From Eukaryota sp. GEM-RC1 (taxonomy: Eukaryota): a stretch of 64,000 nucleotides of DNA. The notes beneath the pieces are model-generated. The model searched no databases. It was not told the DNA's origin and worked only from the letters and a program-made list of their open reading frames with translations. The position numbers were made by a program, and so were the translations under genes. Positions 59,122-64,000 of this stretch are shown here, one piece after another. The stretch's first letter is position 1. The number at the start of each line of letters is the position of its first letter. The stretch spans positions 1,860,001-1,924,000 of the forward strand of contig JAUFOQ010000003.1 of assembly GCA_040285855.1 (NCBI GenBank), written 5' to 3'.

Positions 59122-59742
59122 CTAATTCATTAACTTCCGAGCAATTTGGGTTAGATTTGCGGCTTGATGACGAATCATTACCTTTTCCGCGTCAGACAAG
59201 CCTCGCTTTCCATCAGCCCCTGTAAAAGTTGCAGCACCGTATGGGGAACTTATATTTGGAGAGTCAACATCATAAAATTCTTCCAGCTCATAGGGAAGTC
59301 CCACTACAATCATGCCATGGTGAATAGCTGTATTCCAGATCGACTGTATCGTTGTCTGAGCACCTCCCCCTTGGGATGATGTGCTGGTCATTACGGTCAC
59401 AGGTTTCCTAATCAACTTTTTTGCATACCAAAGGCCACCAGTTCGGTCCAAAAGATTTCGAAATTGGGCTGACATGTTACCAAATCGGGTGGGTGTGATC
59501 CATACAAATCCATCAAATTCAGGAAGGTCATCTGCATTTGCAATCGGAATGTGCTGAAACTGTTGTTGTGGATCCCAAGCGCCTGTAGACTTAAGTCTAT
59601 CTTCAGGTACAGTCTCAGGAACACGCTTGACAACAGCTTCGCCATTAGTGGCATTAATTCCATCAGCAGCCTCTAAGGCCATTTGATAACAATGTTCATA
59701 GAAACTATGGAAGAGCACTAGAATTTTTGGAGTCGTGGACAT
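59122..59742 (-). CDS. wrbA: WrbA-type flavodoxin-like NAD(P)H:quinone oxidoreductase
   Basis: VLFHSFYEH, KRVPET, TPTRFGNMSAQFRNLLDRTGGLW, HHGMIVVGLPY and SPYGAATFTGADG. Confidence 0.92.
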   Translation of the reverse strand: MSTTPKILVLFHSFYEHCYQMALEAADGINATNGEAVVKRVPETVPEDRLKSTGAWDPQQQFQHIPIANADDLPEFDGFVWITPTRFGNMSAQFRNLLDRTGGLWYAKKLIRKPVTVMTSTSSQGGGAQTTIQSIWNTAIHHGMIVVGLPYELEEFYDVDSPNISSPYGAATFTGADGKRGLSDAEKVMIRHQAANLTQIARKLMN

Positions 59743-59855
59743 AAGGTGTTGGCTTATTGATTCTTTGTTACGAATTGAAGCCAGTCTTAGAGCATTAGTC
59801 TACAGTGATTGCTCTCCTTAGGCCACTTAACAGCTACGCACAAAAAAAAATTAAG

Positions 59856-59927
59856 GCGACTGTAGTATAGCGGTTAGTACACATCGTTGTGGCCGATGAA
59901 ATCCTGGTTCGATTCCAGGCAGTCGCA
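59856..59927 (+). tRNA. tRNA-His(GTG)
   Basis: Acceptor GCGACTG/CAGTCGC, anticodon arm CATCG-TTGTGGC-CGATG, T arm CCTGG-TTCGATT-CCAGG, downstream T run. Confidence 0.96.
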
Positions 59928-60026
59928 GATAATTTTTTTACATGTACATGACAAAATAGATATAATCTTAGACAGTTTCACCAAGTAGGTATAAGGTCGT
60001 TAATTTTTTGGAAATATTGGTCCAGC

Positions 60027-61157
60027 CATACTCCGTGGCTTAAATCGAGTCAATCATTAATAGATTTTACTACAGTTGATGTTTGTAACAAATCTTGTGT
60101 TAGTAGGATATTAGATTCTTCTTTTAATCCGTTAACAGCTGCTGAAAAGCTCAAACACTCCAAGTATAACTCTCAAGTAGAAGAATTAAATAGAAACTCA
60201 TATTCCAAATTTGAGTTTCATCCTTTTGCTGTTTCTCTTTTTGGATCTATTAGTCCTGCTGGTGATCAATTTTTCAAGGATTTCGAAGAATTGTGTAAAG
60301 AAAAGAAGCGTAAGTTTAGAATGGCTGAATGGAAAAACCGTATAGTGTTTTTCATATATCGGAATATCGATATGTCTTTCTATTTCTCTAGATTAATTGA
60401 GAAATGAGAGAGAGATGTTTATTCGGCACCCAATAAGGTAACCTTTCTACAAACTATGAAATTGTAAAAACAAACAAATAATACTAAGATTAAATCCAAA
60501 CGACTTCATCACCACCCGGTAAAAGATTACGTTTATCTACATGAACCTTCACACCAAACTTGTACAATTTCTCAATTAATCTAGAGAAATAGAAAGGCAT
60601 ATTCCGATATATGGAAAACACTATACGGTTTTTCCATTCAGCCATTCTAAACTTACGCTTCTTTTCTTTACACAATTCTTCGAAATCCTTGAAAAATTGA
60701 TCACCAGCAGGACTAATAGATCCAAAAAGAGAAACAGCAAAAGGTTGAAACACAAATTTGGAATATGAGTTTCTATTTAATTCTTCTACTTGAGAGTCAT
60801 ACTTGGTGTGTTTGAGCTTTTCAGCTGCTGTTAATGGATTAAAAGAAGAATCTAATATCCTACTAACACAAGATTTGTTACATACATCTACTGTAGTAAA
60901 ATCCATTAATGCTTGACTCGATTTAAGCCACGGAGTATGTAGATCCCCTCGTTTTTGATCAGTAAATTCATTTTCTGAAAGATGATTCAAAACTGAAATT
61001 GAGAAATTGTACAAGTTTGGTAAGAAGGTTAATGTTGAAAAACGTAATCTTTTACCGGGTGGTGATGAAGTCGTTTGGATTTAATCTTAGTATTATTTGT
61101 TTGTTTTTACAATTTCATAGTTTTGTAGGAATGTTACCTTATTGGGTACCGAATAAA
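60027..61157. mobile_element. Two near-identical 5'-truncated RLE retrotransposon copies, one (60406-60996, minus) inserted into the other (plus)
   Basis: The plus copy 60027-60405 resumes at 61008. The insert is flanked by the 11-bp duplication AATTGAGAAAT (60395-60405 and 60997-61007). The insert ORF has RGDLHTPW...MDFTTVDV...AEKLKHTKY. Confidence 0.88.
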
Positions 61158-61797
61158 GTTTGTTGGTGCAGCAGATTAAACACTATTCAGTCATTCTAAT
61201 GTTTTATTTCTAACGGAAAGGTTTTGAATGGTTCTGTATATTGCAGCATTCTGAAAGAGTTCATCTCAAAGAAGTAGGTACATTTTTCAACAAAGCTATA
61301 TCGACAATACACTGTTATTGTAACAATATTGGAAAAAGGGTTGCAATCAATAAACAATACTGACAATATCAATACCAGATAGATTGTTACCAGTAGGTAT
61401 ACATGTACTTGATTTCATGTACAATGTATTTCATTTGCAATAGTATTACATTATATTGTTGCCAGTCCCTGACATGAAATACTTGTTTTAGGGCCATAAC
61501 GATAGATGGCTTTATACTGCTGGCAGCAATAACAGTTATGAATTGCGCTAACATTCAATGACCACTAGATCATAACCAGGAAATGGCATATGGAAGTTAT
61601 GCACAACACTGCTAGTTGTTCTAGTGGGATTGTTCAAAATAGAAAGGTTTGAATGTACTATATAAAACAAAAAATAGTCAAACGTTGTATTTTGATGAGA
61701 CTATAGAGAAAGTGAGCAATTCAGCTATGTATTTGCATGAAAAAACCTGTAGATATGGCTCCTTTTGCTGAAAGTGGTATTTGAAGAGAAAATAGAC

Positions 61798-62195
61798 CTA
61801 ATTCTGAGCAACAACGTTGGGGAATTCGTAGCCTAGATGTGTAAGCATTTCGACAGTGGGGGCGTCAACTTCGATTCTGGTATCTTCGTCAACAGCGATT
61901 GCAGATGTTTCAGGAACATAGTTATCACGACGTTCACGTTCTTCCTCTTGAAGTTTGAAAGAGATTCCTCTAACAGGACCCTTTTGGATTCTGCGCATGA
62001 GATGTGTAACGTAACCAGCAATCTTGTTTCTGAGACGCTTTGAAGGGATTTCGGCCACCTTTTCAACTACTCTCTTGTTGGTATCAAAATCGGTGGTAAG
62101 TGAAGGATACCACTTTTCGATGATGATTTTAGCAGCACGCTTTACGGTACGGGTCTTAACAGGCCGGCGATAAGTCTGAAAGACATAACATACAT
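61798..62195 (-). CDS. RPS17: 40S ribosomal protein S17 (eS17); 5' end probably via a short intron
   Basis: [18 protein letters not shown]...[47 protein letters not shown]. There is no in-frame ATG unless a 29-nt segment (62165-62193) is spliced out. Confidence 0.95.
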
Positions 62196-62781
62196 AGTAA
62201 AATGGGTTGGACCAAAAAAAGGGAGAAAAGGGAATTCCTTCAAACAATGAGGATAGACCTACTTATGTGAGCAGCCTCAAACATCAACATTCCCTTCAGC
62301 TCCTTCATTATTCTTATAATATGTACTAAGTTCATAATGATTCATTGATCTCTAAAGATTTTTATCTAACATAATGTGGAACTTTTTGTTGGACATCCTT
62401 CAACTTGGTTTAAGTGGGCGACTTCTTTGTGAAGTGATACGCAAATACTATACTGCTCCAGTACCCATCTAGTACTGTTGATACCTTCAACTTCAGTCAA
62501 TTTCATCATTGGTTGAATTGAAAGCGGAAGGACGTGAAAGCGCTTGGTCACTAGTATCCTGCTGCTTTTTGATTCACTCACCATAAATTGTTTTTTGTTG
62601 TACTAGTATGATTATTTGAAGTTTTTTTTTAATTTCAGACTATTTTAATATCTGTTTGACCATAAGCTAGCAGTCTAAATATGAAGGAATAGCTGTCTAG
62701 ATTTCCAGCAATGTCTGGTAGATGTAAAAACTCAAATGCAAAATTTGTCTGAAAGAGTACTTTCTCCATCGTTTTCACCAA

Positions 62782-64000
62782 ATGTCTAACGATCCCGAAC
62801 TTGACGGTACGGTTGCTTTTCCACTCTCTTCATTCCTTTCCCTAATCTCTTACTCCAGATCTTGTCGATTATGACGAACCTGCAGAAGCTCCTGATTCCA
62901 CAGTTCATGAAATCGAGGACAAATCTTCCACTGGAATACACTCTATGGGATTCAAAGACTTTCTTCTTCATCCCAAGTTGATGAAAGCCATTTCGTCCGT
63001 GGGTTTCGAATCTCCTTCTGAGATTCAAAGAGAGTGTATTCCTCAGGTAACGCTGGGACACGACGTTCTAGGGCAAGCGAAATCAGGTATGGGTAAGACC
63101 GCTGTCTTTGTTTTGGGTATTCTCCAACAGGTGATCGCCGCCGATTCCGTCACCGATATTGTTGCCGTGGTTATCACTCATACCAGAGAGATGGCACAAC
63201 AAATCCAGAGTGAGTTCCACCGATTTGGTAATCTGGCCAACATTACCGCTGCTGCTGTCTATGGAGGTATCCGCTACGAAGTTTCAAAGCAAACGCTTGA
63301 CCAATTGAAACCTCAAATTCTGGTAGGTACCCCCGGACGACTTACTGAATTCGTTAAGAAAGGATTAAGATTGGACAAAGTCAAGCACTTTGTTGTTGAC
63401 GAAGCTGATAAGGTAATTGAACACTCCGATATGAGGGCTGATCTTCAAACAATCTTTAAGGCTACTCCCAAAAATAAGCAAACCATGATGTTCTCCGCCA
63501 CAATGTCTCAAGAAAATCTTGAAACTTGCAAATTGTTCATGCAAAATCCAATCATTATTCGTGTTGATGAGGATAAGAAGTTAACATTGCACGGTCTCTT
63601 ACAGTATTTTATCAATGTTGATTCTGATAAGAAACAGGAAAAGCTTATGGATCTTCTTGATGAACTTGAATTCAATCAAGTTGTCATATTCGTGAATGCC
63701 TCTTCTAGAGCTCGTGCCCTGTCCCGTGTTATGAAAAACCACTCCTTCCCCGCCTTGATGCTTCATGGTGAAATGAGGCAGGAAATACGTTCTCAAGTCT
63801 ATAACGATTTCAAGAATTTCAGAGGAAGAATCTTGATCGCCACGGATTTAGCTGGTAGAGGTATTGATATTGAAAAAGTCAATGTTGTTATCAATTATGA
63901 CATGCCTTCTGACTCTGATAGCTATCTTCATCGTGTTGGACGTGCAGGTAGATTTGCAAGTAAGGGACTTGCAATTTCGTTTATCTCAACAGAAGATGAT
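62782..64000 (+). CDS. DDX39: UAP56/DDX39/Sub2 RNA helicase (runs off the window end; intron 62807-62858)
   Basis: MSNDPELD-DLVDYDE...GIHSMGFKDFLL...QAKSGMGKTAVFV...HTREMAQQI...TPKNKQTMMFSAT...KLTLHGLLQYF...LDELEFNQVVIFV...YLHRVGRAGRF. Not in the ORF track because it has no stop within the window. Confidence 0.93.

Noticed and set aside
1..64000. Alternative genetic code (stop-codon reassignment)
   Set aside because: Long conserved genes read through with the standard code; TAA, TAG and TGA are all used as terminators at expected C-termini; the breaks are frameshifts rather than in-frame stops.

Overview
This is a gene-dense, AT-rich eukaryotic window, inferred to come from a compact protist genome. 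It has tiny spliceosomal introns (mostly 26-32 nt), three tRNA genes and many housekeeping genes: ESF1, eIF4E, HGH1, VPS13, GPI, ZnT, Rab24-like, p24, WrbA, RPS17 and UAP56. Intergenic DNA is full of mobile-element debris: hAT elements with 8-bp TSDs, Tc1/mariner-type elements, and many 5'-truncated RLE-type non-LTR retrotransposons. The standout is a ~5.8-kb locus at ~27.4-33.2 kb encoding a Fanzor1 (eukaryotic TnpB-family RNA-guided nuclease) with all RuvC catalytic motifs present, followed by a highly structured ~200-nt putative omegaRNA. Upstream of it, and probably joined to it by one intron, is an unusual module. This module has three tandem 75-nt hairpins (one arm has a 13-nt perfect complement in the omegaRNA region), a 2A ribosome-skipping motif (DIESNPGP), a Ulp1/SENP8-type C48 protease with an intact triad, and a degenerate PolB 3'-5' exonuclease-like domain. 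The nuclease ends in a CCHC zinc knuckle. No transposase gene is visible in the element. Caveat: about 14 single-base frameshifts in ordinary host genes fall in short homopolymer runs, so ORF breaks, including those in the Fanzor, are most likely long-read consensus errors. All family assignments come from motif recognition by eye, not database searches.
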